A stretch of 64,000 nucleotides of DNA from an uncultured Candidatus Binatia bacterium (GCA_965213675.1 OZ243916.1:960001-1024000); one strand, 5' to 3'. Positions 9,793 to 19,848 are shown, counted from the first letter of the stretch. Numbers and translations: made by a program. The notes: generated by a model not told the origin, from the letters alone.

Positions 9793-10710
9793 ATGAAGAC
9801 CCATCCACCCGGCGCGCGATCCATCCTCGATCTCATCGGCTCCACGCCCGTGGTGCGCCTCACCAGACTACCGGCCGAAGACAGCGCCGAGGTCTGGGGC
9901 AAGCTGGAGTCCCTCAATCCCGGGGGCTCGGTGAAGGACCGCATCTGCCGCGCCATGATCGAGGACGCCGAACGCAAGGGCCTGCTGAAGCCCGGCGGGA
10001 CCATCGTCGAACCCACCAGCGGCAACACCGGCATCGGTCTCGCGCTGGCAGCCGCGGTCAAGGGATACCGTCTCGTTCTTGCCATGCCCGACACCATGAG
10101 CGAGGAGCGCCGCAGCCTGCTGGCTGCCTACGGCGCGCGCCTGATCCTCACGCCCGACACCCGGGGGATGGGCGGAGCCATTCGCCGGGCTGAAGAATTG
10201 GCCAACGAGCACCCCGACTTCTTCATGCCGCAACAGTTCACCAATCCCGCCAACCCCGCCGCCCACCGAAACACGACAGCGGTGGAACTCGTGAGCCAGT
10301 TCGGACCCATGGACGCCTTCGTCTGCGGGGTGGGCACCGGCGGCACCATCACCGGCGTGGGCGAGGTCCTGCGAAAAGAGTTTCCCGCCGTTCGCATCTA
10401 CGCCGTCGAGCCGGCCGCGTCGCCGGTATTGTCCGGTGGCGAGCCCGGGTTCCACAAGATCCAGGGCATCGGTGCGGGCTTCATACCGCCGATCCTCAAT
10501 ACCGGGATTTACGACGAAATCATCACCGTCAGCGATGAGGACGCGGCCGCCACCATGCACCGGTTGGCAGTGGAAGAAGGCATCTTCGTCGGCATCTCGT
10601 CCGGCGCCAACTGCTTCGCCGCCATGACGGTGGCCCGAACCATGGGCAAGGGCCGCCGGGTCGTGACCATGCTGTGCGATAGCGGTGAACGCTACTTGAG
10701 CACAGCCTGA
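9793..10710 (+). CDS. cysK: cysteine synthase A
   Basis: [14 protein letters not shown] (PLP Lys), [32 protein letters not shown]. Confidence 0.95.
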   Translation: MKTHPPGARSILDLIGSTPVVRLTRLPAEDSAEVWGKLESLNPGGSVKDRICRAMIEDAERKGLLKPGGTIVEPTSGNTGIGLALAAAVKGYRLVLAMPDTMSEERRSLLAAYGARLILTPDTRGMGGAIRRAEELANEHPDFFMPQQFTNPANPAAHRNTTAVELVSQFGPMDAFVCGVGTGGTITGVGEVLRKEFPAVRIYAVEPAASPVLSGGEPGFHKIQGIGAGFIPPILNTGIYDEIITVSDEDAAATMHRLAVEEGIFVGISSGANCFAAMTVARTMGKGRRVVTMLCDSGERYLSTA

Positions 10711-10782
10711 GACCCGCCCCCTACACAGCAGCCGGGTTTTCTGTTAGGAATAAAGACCCTGCCCATGTTTCGATCAACGCAC

Positions 10783-10860
10783 GTCCCCGTCGTCTAGGCT
10801 GGCCCAGGACACCGGCCTTTCACGCCGGCAACACGGGTTCAAATCCCGTCGGGGACGCCA
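10783..10860 (+). tRNA. tRNA-Glu (TTC)
   Basis: GTCCCCG...CGGGGAC acceptor stem, anticodon arm CCGGC-CT TTC AC-GCCGG, GGTTCAAATCC T-arm, encoded CCA. Confidence 0.96.
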
Positions 10861-10879
10861 ATCCTGTCATGTATGCTTT

Positions 10880-11569
10880 TCATGGGACGCCGTTGGCCAC
10901 CAGGGCTTTCGCATAGAGGATGTCCTCGGGATAGGTGACCTTGATGTTGGTGGTGGATCCCTCCACGATCCCCACCGGCAGGCCCAGCCGTTCCACCAGC
11001 ATGGCGTCGTCCGTCGCTTCCACCCCATCCCGTTCTGCCCTTGCGTAGGCGTCCCGCAGCACGCGCACGGGAAAGGCTTGAGGGGTCTGGATCTCCCACA
11101 GGCTTTGTCGCGGGAGCGTTTGCCGAACCTGTCCACGCAGCACCGTCTTGATCGTATTGCGCGCCGGCACCGCGGCCGTGACCGAACGGCCCCGGCGCGC
11201 CTCCCGCGCGCAACGGTCGATGAGGTCCGGCGCGGCAAAGGGCCGCGCCCCGTCGTGGACCACCACGAAAACACAGTCGGGGTCCAATCCCGCGAGCCCG
11301 GACCGGACCGAGTCCTGCCTGCGCTCCCCGCCGGGCCGAAGCGCGATCTCCAGGGACGCCGGCCGCGCCGGCTCAAGCAACGCCTCGTAGTCCGCCACCG
11401 CCCCCGGGGGCACCACCAGCACCGCCTTGCCAACTTCACGGGAACGACCGAAGCGCTCCAACGTATGGACAATCAGCGGCCGCCCGCCCACCGGCAGCAG
11501 CACCTTCGAGTTACGGCCCCCAACGCGGGTACCGCGGCCCGCGGCCAGAATGATGGCGTTGATTTCCAC
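10880..11569 (-). CDS. ispD: 2-C-methyl-D-erythritol 4-phosphate cytidylyltransferase
   Basis: AIILAAGRGTR, GGERRQDSV, VHDGARP, QTPQAF, TDDA, NIKVTYPED; GTG start inferred; follows carD. Confidence 0.95.
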   Translation of the reverse strand: MEINAIILAAGRGTRVGGRNSKVLLPVGGRPLIVHTLERFGRSREVGKAVLVVPPGAVADYEALLEPARPASLEIALRPGGERRQDSVRSGLAGLDPDCVFVVVHDGARPFAAPDLIDRCAREARRGRSVTAAVPARNTIKTVLRGQVRQTLPRQSLWEIQTPQAFPVRVLRDAYARAERDGVEATDDAMLVERLGLPVGIVEGSTTNIKVTYPEDILYAKALVANGVP

Positions 11570-11670
11570 GAACCACTCCCGATGGCTTCCCCTCGACGCC
11601 ATGCCGGAACCACAAAAAAGAGCTGGAGGCATCCCTCCAGCTCTTTTTCACCTTGCCTGGAACACAAGAG

Positions 11671-12156
11671 TTATTGGGTGAAAATGTGACTCAACTCCTC
11701 CATGATCTTCTCTTCCGTATGCGACCTGGCGATGGACAGCTCCTTGACGAGAAGGTTTCTGGCGGTGTCGAGCACTTTTCTTTCTCCGAAGGATAGTTCC
11801 TTGTCGCCCTTCAACAGGAACAGATCCCGCAGCACGGCGGCGATTTCGATGACCGAGCCGGTCTTGATCTTCTCTGTGTACTCGCGATAGCGGCGGTTCC
11901 AGGTCTGTTGGTCGACGGGCGCCTTCTTCTTTTCCCGCAGAATGCGGTATACGCGTGACACGGTTGTCTTGTCGATGATCTTCCTCAGGCCCACGGCGAC
12001 GGCGTTGTCCACCGGCACCATGATTTTCATATCCGTATCGAGAATGCGCAACATGTAGAACTTTTTCTCGGTGCCGGATATCGCCTGACTGCGTACTGCT
12101 TCGATTTCACCGACTCCATGGGCAGGATAGACAACCTTCTCTCCGACCTTGAACAT
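11671..12156 (-). CDS. carD: CarD family RNA polymerase-binding transcription factor
   Basis: MFKVGEKVVYPAHGVG, TWNRRYREY, LSFGERK; AGGAGG RBS. Confidence 0.95.
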   Translation of the reverse strand: MFKVGEKVVYPAHGVGEIEAVRSQAISGTEKKFYMLRILDTDMKIMVPVDNAVAVGLRKIIDKTTVSRVYRILREKKKAPVDQQTWNRRYREYTEKIKTGSVIEIAAVLRDLFLLKGDKELSFGERKVLDTARNLLVKELSIARSHTEEKIMEELSHIFTQ

Positions 12157-12302
12157 TCATTCCTCCTTGAGTGTCAGAACCCGTAAGCGGAACAGGGGCA
12201 AGAAGTCCGGTAAATCCGGAGGAAGGTATTTCCAGAGGGGTGGGCGAGGATTTGAAATACACGTTTCAACGACTGTTCTCTTCCAGAATCAATAGCTCTT
12301 CC

Positions 12303-12332
12303 TTTATACATCGGTGAGGACGAAAACGTCAA
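12303..12332 (-). promoter_or_regulatory. candidate sigma70 promoter for carD-ispD
   Basis: Minus strand TTGACG-18 nt-TATAAA in an AT-rich intergenic region. Confidence 0.5.
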
Positions 12333-12398
12333 GCAACGGACGAACAAATTAAACGTTCATAATATTCGCATGTTGCATCCATATATTCAATCAGAGCA

Positions 12399-12875
12399 TT
12401 AAGGTAAACCTTGGCGGTGAAGCTTGCGATCCATCAGCCACGCGTCCTCACCGTTGTCCGAATAGTACCCACGGCGCTGGCCACAGAACTCGAACCCAAG
12501 TGATCGGTAAAGCGCCTGCGCCGCATCGTTGGACTTCCGGACCTCCAGTGTCACGCGCCGGAACCCGCGCTCGGCCGCCCGGTCGATGAGATCCTCGAGC
12601 ATGGCCCGGGCGACTCCGCGACGGCGATATCCTGGATGCACGGCGACATTGTGGATATCCAACTCGTCGACAACTTCCCAGTAAATGACGTAACCGACGG
12701 GCTCGCCGTCGGATTGGCACAGGAGGGAGCGCGCGTTGGCGGCCTGCAATTCCTGAAGGAAGAACTGCCGGCTCCACGGACTCGCGAACGCGGCGCGCTC
12801 GATGGCCATGACGGTCTCGATGTCCGCCACGGTCATGGACCGGAATTCAAGCTGTCCGCTGGCGCTCGCCGACAT
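12399..12875 (-). CDS. rimI: ribosomal protein S18 alanine N-acetyltransferase (GNAT)
   Basis: IERAAFASPWS, IHNVAVHPGYRRRGVA, LEVRKSN..AQALY, RRGYYSDNGEDA; start uncertain (12899/12875/12836). Confidence 0.9.
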   Translation of the reverse strand: MSASASGQLEFRSMTVADIETVMAIERAAFASPWSRQFFLQELQAANARSLLCQSDGEPVGYVIYWEVVDELDIHNVAVHPGYRRRGVARAMLEDLIDRAAERGFRRVTLEVRKSNDAAQALYRSLGFEFCGQRRGYYSDNGEDAWLMDRKLHRQGLP

Positions 12876-12899
12876 GTCCCGGAGGGGCGTGGGCGGCAC

Positions 12900-14258
12900 T
12901 TAGTTGACCCAACCCAATCGCGCTGCGCTTTCCTTGAGGAGGAGCACGTCCAGAACCTTGCTCCCAAGTTGGTGGGCGAATCCGTAGACGCGATCCTGGA
13001 GCGGTATGACCGTGGTGAACTCGGGTGGGAAGGCGCCGACGCTCGACGAGATCCTGCGTACGCGCTCGTCCAGCAGGCGGCCCCTGACGATAAGTTGGCC
13101 TCCCTTCAAAAGCAGATCGTAGTCGTAGTCGGGCATGTGCCGGGGCAGCCTGGCGGGGATGGCGATGCCGAGGCGCGGGAGTTGCGTGGGGAACTCAAGG
13201 CGCAGGTGATAGGCCTTGCCCAGGTCCTGCACGGTGTAGGCGTGACCGTAGCGGCGCTCGCGTTCCAGCTTCTCGACGAACCGGGAATCGTAGAATCCCT
13301 CCACCGGCACCGGAATCCGGCGCAGAAGCTTGCCCTCACGTGACAGGAAGGGCCGCAACACAAAGGCCAGCGGCACGCCGTACAGGGCCGCGCTCACCGT
13401 GACCTGCTCGACCGGCACGGCGCGGAATACGCTGTGCCGCAAGCGATAGAGCACTTCCGCCAACGCCACGAGGAAGCCCACCAGAATGTACATGTTGACG
13501 CCCTTGCCGAACGCCAGCCCGAGCCCTTCCACCGAAACGCCGATGACGATGAACACCAGCGGATAGAGGAGCAGATTCAGCGTCATGTTGAGGGCCGTGG
13601 CGGCCGCACCGAGAAAGTAGGGCCACCCCACCAACTCGGCCACATCATCACGCGACTCGGGCGGCAAAGCGCCAAGCAGCGGCTGCAACAGCATCACCGC
13701 GACGCGTAGCGCACCCGACTCGCTGGTCTGGATGCGCTGCACCAGCTCGTCGAAGCCCATGGGCAGTTGTCCGGGAAAAACCTTTGGGGGGCGCGCCGGC
13801 TCCGGTTCCTCGTCAGGCTCTTCCACGGGCATCGGAACCGGCGCGGCGATGACGGGTGCGGGCGGCGGCGCCGCTGCGGGTGCGGGAGCCACCGCCGGTG
13901 CCGTGGTGCCGTTGGCGGCCGCGGCCGGCGCGGCGGCCTCGGCGGGCGCCGCCGCCTCGCCCGCACCTTCTCCGGTACGGAAGCGGGACTCGAACTCCTG
14001 GCCGAAGTCGACGTCCGTGTGCAGCACCCGTGCCCGGTCGATCAGCACTCCTTCGGATTCGACGTTGTTGGGGTCGGTCACACAGCAGTCCACCGGACAG
14101 ACCGCGGCGCACGCCTCGTAGTCGTGGAACCCGACGCATTCGGTACACAGTACCGGGTCGATGACGTAGATCTCATCGTTCTGGGTGATGGCTTCGTTGG
14201 GACACTCCGGCTCACAAGCGCCGCAATTGATGCAGTCGCTGGTTATCATCGTAGCCAT
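12900..14258 (-). CDS. YfhL-like 2[4Fe-4S] ferredoxin fused to a membrane domain and a C-terminal soluble domain
   Basis: CINCGACEPECP and CTECVGFHDYEACAAVCPVDC cluster motifs, Ala/Pro-rich linker, 3-4 hydrophobic segments, ~110 aa beta-rich C-terminus. Confidence 0.8.
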   Translation of the reverse strand: MATMITSDCINCGACEPECPNEAITQNDEIYVIDPVLCTECVGFHDYEACAAVCPVDCCVTDPNNVESEGVLIDRARVLHTDVDFGQEFESRFRTGEGAGEAAAPAEAAAPAAAANGTTAPAVAPAPAAAPPPAPVIAAPVPMPVEEPDEEPEPARPPKVFPGQLPMGFDELVQRIQTSESGALRVAVMLLQPLLGALPPESRDDVAELVGWPYFLGAAATALNMTLNLLLYPLVFIVIGVSVEGLGLAFGKGVNMYILVGFLVALAEVLYRLRHSVFRAVPVEQVTVSAALYGVPLAFVLRPFLSREGKLLRRIPVPVEGFYDSRFVEKLERERRYGHAYTVQDLGKAYHLRLEFPTQLPRLGIAIPARLPRHMPDYDYDLLLKGGQLIVRGRLLDERVRRISSSVGAFPPEFTTVIPLQDRVYGFAHQLGSKVLDVLLLKESAARLGWVN

Positions 14259-14457
14259 GGAAACAACGCTCCTGAAAACGCTCCTGAATCACATCCGGCC
14301 GCCGGATGACCGCGACCGATCCCTGCCGTTCCGCGCAACGGTTTACAGCCCGGGTTTACAGCCCGTGACGGTCAAAATAGTTGATTTTTCGAGTTTCTTC
14401 AACGTGTTGGCGCCGCCTTGAACAACCCCGAAGCCGTATGTTAAACGTAATGCTTCC

Positions 14458-14533
14458 GGCGGCGTACCCAAGTGGTTAAGGGAGAGGTCTGCAAAACCTC
14501 GATGCGGCGGTTCGAATCCGCCCGCCGCCTCCA
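14458..14533 (+). tRNA. tRNA-Cys (GCA)
   Basis: GGCGGCG...CGCCGCC acceptor, anticodon arm GAGGT-CT GCA AA-ACCTC, GGTTCGAATCC, U73 discriminator and CCA. Confidence 0.96.
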
Positions 14534-14636
14534 TGTCCAGAACACCCCTGTCCAGAGCACCCTTTTCCAGAAGCCACACCTTCCCGACTGACAGCACACG
14601 GCCGCGTCTTGTCTTGCCCTGCCCCCGCGCGCTGCC

Positions 14637-16433
14637 TCAACCGCGTTGCAGCATCTCGTCGATGAGGTCGCCGTAGCGCTCCATCACGATCCGGCGCTTG
14701 AGCTTGAGGCTCGGCGTCAACTCCCCGGTGCCGGTGGAGAAGTCTCCGGGCAGGACGCGAAAGTCCCGCACCGCCTCGAACGGCGCCAGTTCCCGGTTAC
14801 GTTCGCGGATGCGTTGGCGGAGAAAGTCGGCGAGCCGCGCATCGGCGGCCGCATCCTCGGGCTCGGCCCACTCGACACCTTCCTTCTCCGCCCAGCGTCG
14901 GGCCTCCCCCGCGTCCAGCGTGATCAGAGCCACCAGGTGGCTGGTGTTGTCGCCCCACACCATGGCCTGGCTGATGAGCGGTTCCTTGCGCAGATGGTTT
15001 TCGATCATTTGCGGCGCGACGTTCTTGCCCCCGGAGGTCACGATGAGTTCTTTCTTGCGGTCGGTGATGCGCAGGAAACCGCCGTCCTCGATGCGTCCCA
15101 CGTCGCCGGTGTGAAACCAGCCGTCCTCGTCGATGACGTCGCGCGTCGCCGCGGGATCCTCGTAGTAGCCCTTCATCACGTTGGCGCCCCGGATCAGGAT
15201 TTCGCCGTCATCGGCAATGCGGCACTCCACTCCGTCCATGGCCAGGCCCACCGTGCCGATGCGATAGCGGTCGATGCGGTTCACGTGGGTCACGGTGGAG
15301 GTCTCGGTGAGGCCGTAGCCCTCCACGATCCACACCCCCAGGGCCTGAAAGAAATCGGCGATGGCGTCCGCCAGCGGCGCGCCGCCGGAAACGGCCATAC
15401 GGAGCCGGCCGCCCAAACCGGCGCGGACCTTCGACAGCACCAGGGAATCGGCCAGCCGGTAGCACAGCCGCAGACACGGATTGCACGCCTCGCCCCGGCG
15501 CGCCCGGTCATTGTAACGCTGGCCCACGGACACCGCCCAGCGGAACAGGCGTTGGCGCAGCGGGCTGGAGCTCTCCACCCGGTTGAGGATGCGCCGGTGG
15601 GCGTTCTCGTACACCCGGGGCACCGAGAAGAGCATGGTGGGGCGGACCGTCTGCAAGTCCGCGGACAAGGTCTCGATGGCGCGCGCGAAGGCACACTCAT
15701 AGCCCCGGCCCACGACGATGAAATGCTCGAGACGGCCGAAGGAGTGCGCCAGCGGCAGGAACTGCAGCGCCACGTCGTCCTCGCTCACCGATATGGCGCC
15801 CAAGGCGGACGTGATGATGAACAGGTAATGGCCGTGGGTGGTGAGGACCCCCTTGGGCTCGCCGGTGGTGCCCGACGTGTAGATGATGGTGAGGTCGTCG
15901 TCCGGCCCCAGAGCCCCGGCCAGCTCCCGGAACGTCTCCGGGTGGGCGCCACGGTATTCCCGCCCCATCTCCTTCAGGCCCTCAAGAGACAGAACATGCG
16001 CATCCGATGGCGCGGCCTCGCCGTCCAGCAACACCACGGTCCGCACCGCCGCCAGACCCGCCCTCGACCGATCCAGGCGCGCCAGCGCCACGGGCGAGTC
16101 CACCACCAGGACTGTCGCCCCGGAATGCGCGACGATGTATTCCACTTGTGCGGGAGTGTTCGACGGGTAGACCGGGACCGTGAGAGCGCCGATGCAGATG
16201 CCGGCCCAATCCAGCAGGCACCACTCCACCCGGTTGGCGGCGAAGAGGGCCACCCGATCCCCCTTCTTCACGCCCGCCGCCACCAGTCCGAGGGCGATCT
16301 CCTCCACTTCGGCGGACGCCTCCGCCCATGTCTGGCTGCGCCAGACGCCTTCACGCCAGAAGCGGTAGAGGACGCGCTCGCGCTGAGCCTCAGCTTGACG
16401 GAGAAAAAGGTCGGCAAGGCTCCGGTACGCCAT
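14637..16433 (-). CDS. long-chain fatty acid-CoA ligase (AMP-binding)
   Basis: YTSGTTGEPKG, FLPLAHSF, EGYGLTET, GWFHTGDVG, ITDRKKELI, ELTPSLKLKR. Confidence 0.93.
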   Translation of the reverse strand: MAYRSLADLFLRQAEAQRERVLYRFWREGVWRSQTWAEASAEVEEIALGLVAAGVKKGDRVALFAANRVEWCLLDWAGICIGALTVPVYPSNTPAQVEYIVAHSGATVLVVDSPVALARLDRSRAGLAAVRTVVLLDGEAAPSDAHVLSLEGLKEMGREYRGAHPETFRELAGALGPDDDLTIIYTSGTTGEPKGVLTTHGHYLFIITSALGAISVSEDDVALQFLPLAHSFGRLEHFIVVGRGYECAFARAIETLSADLQTVRPTMLFSVPRVYENAHRRILNRVESSSPLRQRLFRWAVSVGQRYNDRARRGEACNPCLRLCYRLADSLVLSKVRAGLGGRLRMAVSGGAPLADAIADFFQALGVWIVEGYGLTETSTVTHVNRIDRYRIGTVGLAMDGVECRIADDGEILIRGANVMKGYYEDPAATRDVIDEDGWFHTGDVGRIEDGGFLRITDRKKELIVTSGGKNVAPQMIENHLRKEPLISQAMVWGDNTSHLVALITLDAGEARRWAEKEGVEWAEPEDAAADARLADFLRQRIRERNRELAPFEAVRDFRVLPGDFSTGTGELTPSLKLKRRIVMERYGDLIDEMLQRG

Positions 16434-16573
16434 GCTTGAACTATAGCACAAGGGACTCATTGCGTGCCTCCCGCCAGAATGCCGCGACGTCGCCCGTGAA
16501 CGTCCCAAGCTTCCGCGAGCCATGGAAGGGGTCCGTGCAGGGGCAACCCGGCAAGGGCCAGCGCCGGCCGCCC

Positions 16574-17695
16574 CTACACGGACTCTGCGCCGTAGAACCG
16601 GCGGATATGCGCGGCGACGTATTGCTGCTGCGCCGCTGTCAACTCAGGGTAGTTGGGCAGTGCCAGGGAGGACCGGGCCGCGGCTTCGGCCTCGGGGAAC
16701 TCGCCGGCACGGTAGCCCAGGCCCTGGAAGCATTCCTGCTGGTGCAGCGCCAGCGGGTAGTAGATTTCGGTGGCGACGCCGCGCTCCTCCATGAAAGCAC
16801 GCAGGCGGTCGCGCTCGGGCGCGCGGATCACGAACTGATTGTAGACGTGGCCGGGACAGTCGCCGGGCAGGGTGACCCGGTTTTCCGACGCCACAGGTTC
16901 CAGGAGTTCCCGGTAGCCTCGCGCATTGCGCCGCCGCCCCTCCACCCATGCCCGGAGATGCTTCAGTTTCACCCGCAGCACGGCGGCCTGCAGGCTGTCC
17001 AGCCGGAAGTTTCCTCCCACCAGGCGGTGATGGTACTTGGGCTCCTCGCCGTGGACACGAAGCAGCCGGACGCGCCGGGCCAGCGCCTCGTCGTCGGTGA
17101 CAACCATGCCGCCGTCGCCGAAAGCGCCCAGGTTCTTGCTCGGGTAGAAGGAGAAGCAACCCAGGGCGCCGGTCGTGCCGGCGCTCCGGCCGCGGGAATC
17201 CACCGCGCCGAAGGACTGTGCCGCGTCCTCGACCACGGCGACGCCGCGCGCGGCAGCCGCTTGCAGAATGGGATCCAGGTCCGTGCAGCGCCCGAACAGA
17301 TGCACCGGCAGGACCGCGCGGGTACGCGGGCCCAGGCGCGCCGCCACCGCTTCCGGGTCCATGTTGAAGGTGTCGGGGTCGATGTCGACCAACACCGGCC
17401 GCGCCCCCAGCCGCGCGATGACGCCGGCGCTGGCAAAGAAGGAATAGGCCGTGGTGACGATCTCGTCTCCCGGCCCCACGTCCAGCGCCATCAATGAAGC
17501 CAGCAGCGCATCGGTGCCGGACGAGACGCCCACCGCGAAACGCGCCCCGGTAAAGGCCGCGGCATCCTCCTCGAATCCGGTCACTTCAGGCCCGAGGATG
17601 AAACGCTGCGACGCACACACGCGCAGCACCGCTTCCTGGATTTCTTCCCTAATGGTTTCGTACTGTGCTTTCAGGTCCAGCAACGGCACTTGCAT
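16574..17695 (-). CDS. DegT/DnrJ/EryC1/StrS family PLP-dependent sugar aminotransferase
   Basis: MQVPLLDLKAQY, SSGTDAL, EDAAQSFG, SFYPSKNLGAFGDGG, GGNFRLD. Confidence 0.93.
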   Translation of the reverse strand: MQVPLLDLKAQYETIREEIQEAVLRVCASQRFILGPEVTGFEEDAAAFTGARFAVGVSSGTDALLASLMALDVGPGDEIVTTAYSFFASAGVIARLGARPVLVDIDPDTFNMDPEAVAARLGPRTRAVLPVHLFGRCTDLDPILQAAAARGVAVVEDAAQSFGAVDSRGRSAGTTGALGCFSFYPSKNLGAFGDGGMVVTDDEALARRVRLLRVHGEEPKYHHRLVGGNFRLDSLQAAVLRVKLKHLRAWVEGRRRNARGYRELLEPVASENRVTLPGDCPGHVYNQFVIRAPERDRLRAFMEERGVATEIYYPLALHQQECFQGLGYRAGEFPEAEAAARSSLALPNYPELTAAQQQYVAAHIRRFYGAESV

Positions 17696-17817
17696 GCGAG
17701 TCACCACGCGCGTCCTGATGTCCTGCGGCGGCCGTGGAACTTGCCGCCGCAACGGGAAGTTGGTACCAAACCAGCCAGCGGCGCCCCGACGGCGCCAGCT
17801 CCGAGCCCGAGACCACC

Positions 17818-18471
17818 ATGACCAGAGTTATCGGATTGACCGGGGGCATCGCCACCGGAAAGAGCACGGTATCGCGGATATTGAGTGATCGCGCCGCCAT
17901 CGTCGACGCCGACCGGCTGGCGCGCGAAATCGTCGAACCCGGCCAGGAAGCCTGGCGGGAGATCGTCGACCTTTTCGGCCGCGCCGCGCTCCGCGAGGAC
18001 GAGACCCTGGACCGCGCGTACCTCCGCGGCATCGTCTTCAAGGAGCCCGCCAAGCGCCGGCGTCTCGAGGAGATCACCCACCCGCGCATCCGCGCCCTTG
18101 CGCGGCAGCGCATCGTCGAGCGGTCGCGCGATCACGCTTTCGTCATCTACGACGCGCCGCTTCTGTTCGAGGCCAGGATCCATCACTGGCTCCGTCCGGT
18201 CCTGCTGGTGGCATGCGCGCGCCCTGCCCAGGAGCAACGGCTGCGCCGCCGCGACGGACTCACCGAGGCCGACGTCGCAAGGCACCTGAAGGCACAAATG
18301 TCCATGGACGAAAAGCGCCGGCTGGCCGACTTCGTCGTCGACAACAACGGCACCCTGGCGGAACTCGAACGGAACGTGGCGCAGGCTTGGCAAGCCGTCC
18401 TGGCTACTTCGCCCGCTCGATATATTTTCCTTCCGACGGATCCACCCGAATCCGATCCCCCACCTGAATGA
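17818..18471 (+). CDS. coaE: dephospho-CoA kinase
   Basis: IGLTGGIATGKST, DAD..AR, THPRIR, DAPLLFE, ADFVVDNNG. Confidence 0.95.
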   Translation: MTRVIGLTGGIATGKSTVSRILSDRAAIVDADRLAREIVEPGQEAWREIVDLFGRAALREDETLDRAYLRGIVFKEPAKRRRLEEITHPRIRALARQRIVERSRDHAFVIYDAPLLFEARIHHWLRPVLLVACARPAQEQRLRRRDGLTEADVARHLKAQMSMDEKRRLADFVVDNNGTLAELERNVAQAWQAVLATSPARYIFLPTDPPESDPPPE

Positions 18472-18964
18472 ACGGCGGTACCTGCACCGTCACGCCGGTC
18501 TCCAGCCGGGCGGGCTTGTAGGACGCGGACGCGGTGGCTCCCTTCATCGAAGGCTCGGTCTCCACCACCTCCAACTCCACGGCGGAGGCAAGGCTGACCC
18601 CGACGGGGCTGCCGTCGTACAACTCCACGTTCACCACCTGATTGGGCAGCAGAAACGGCAGGATGTCGCCCACTTCCTCGGACGAAAGCTCCGTCTGCTC
18701 GTAGCTCTCGGTATCCATGAAGTTGTGCCGGTCCTCCTCGGCGTAGAGGTACTGCATCTCGCGACTTTCCAGGATGGCGCGGTCCACCCGGTCGTCGGAG
18801 CGGAACTTGTGCTCGGTGCCCACGCCGCTGCGCAGGTTCTTGAGCTTCGTCTGCATGAAGCCGTGGCCCTTTCCGGGGGTGAGATGCTTCACGGCGGTGA
18901 CGCGGTAGAGGTCGTCGTCGTAAAGGATGACCATGCCGGGCCGAAGCTGTGTCGCGTTGATCAT
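18404..18964 (-). CDS. efp: elongation factor P
   Basis: HLTPGKG loop, FMDTESYEQ, KPARLETG, VPPFI. Confidence 0.95.
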   Translation of the reverse strand: MINATQLRPGMVILYDDDLYRVTAVKHLTPGKGHGFMQTKLKNLRSGVGTEHKFRSDDRVDRAILESREMQYLYAEEDRHNFMDTESYEQTELSSEEVGDILPFLLPNQVVNVELYDGSPVGVSLASAVELEVVETEPSMKGATASASYKPARLETGVTVQVPPFIQVGDRIRVDPSEGKYIERAK

Positions 18965-19098
18965 GTCGTCGCTTGTCCTTTCGTAGGCGCGCATCGAGCG
19001 CGCAGGCCGAGCCGCCCGATGGATGTCTTGATGCAATGGTTCGTTGCCGCGTACCCGGCCCTCGCGCCGGGTCCATCGCCCGGTGCCGCGCCATTCCG

Positions 19099-19443
19099 TT
19101 ATCCCGGCGGCCACCCCAGTGCCCGTCCGCCGAGAAGGTGGAGATGCACATGGCCGACACTCTGGGCCGCGTCCGCTCCGGTGTTCACCACCAGACGAAA
19201 ACCGCTCCCGGCCACGCCCTGGTCCACTGCGACCTGCCGGGCCACCTCCATGGCGCGCCCCAGCACGGCGCCATCCCCGGGCTCCAGTTCCGCAAGGCTG
19301 CCGATATGCCGGACGGGAATGATCAGGATATGCACCGGCGCCTTGGGGTCGATGTCCCTGAACGCCTGTACCGAGTCGTCCCGGTACACGATGTCGGCGG
19401 GGATTTCCCCCCTCGCGATGCCGCAGAAGAGGCAGTCGGCCAC
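19099..19443 (-). CDS. histidine triad (HIT/HinT) nucleotide-binding protein
   Basis: DCLFCGIARGEIP, AFRDIDPKAPVHILIIP, HVHLHLLGGR, WPPG end; GTG start with GGAGG RBS. Confidence 0.93.
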   Translation of the reverse strand: MADCLFCGIARGEIPADIVYRDDSVQAFRDIDPKAPVHILIIPVRHIGSLAELEPGDGAVLGRAMEVARQVAVDQGVAGSGFRLVVNTGADAAQSVGHVHLHLLGGRALGWPPG

Positions 19444-19460
19444 GATCCGTTCACCTCCCG

Positions 19461-19820
19461 TCAATCGTCTTCCGGGCAAAAGGCCCGCACCGTCCCCTCC
19501 TCCACCTTGAGCGGGACCCTTTGCAGCCACTCGCCGTAGCACGGCCCCCAGAGGCATTCTCCGGTGGTGGGCTCATACAGCGCGCCGTGGTTGGCGCAGA
19601 GCAGGTAGCGTTCGTCCTCGGTGAAGAACTGGCTGTCCACCCAATCCAACGGCAAGGGCACGTGCCGGCAACGGTTGACGTAGGCGTACAACTCGCCCTC
19701 GAAGCCGAACACGAACCCTTCGAGACTCTCTCCGCGGCAACGGAGCGTGAATTTCCGGGCCGCGCCGTCGGTAAACTCCTCCCGGCGGCCCACCCGCTTG
19801 CCCACAGATCGTCGCGCCAT
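19461..19820 (-). CDS. Rieske [2Fe-2S] ferredoxin-like protein
   Basis: NRCRH...CANHGALY motifs (CxH, CxxH). Confidence 0.88.
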   Translation of the reverse strand: MARRSVGKRVGRREEFTDGAARKFTLRCRGESLEGFVFGFEGELYAYVNRCRHVPLPLDWVDSQFFTEDERYLLCANHGALYEPTTGECLWGPCYGEWLQRVPLKVEEGTVRAFCPEDD

Positions 19821-19848
19821 GATGCCAGTGCGGGGCCTGGTGTCGAGT

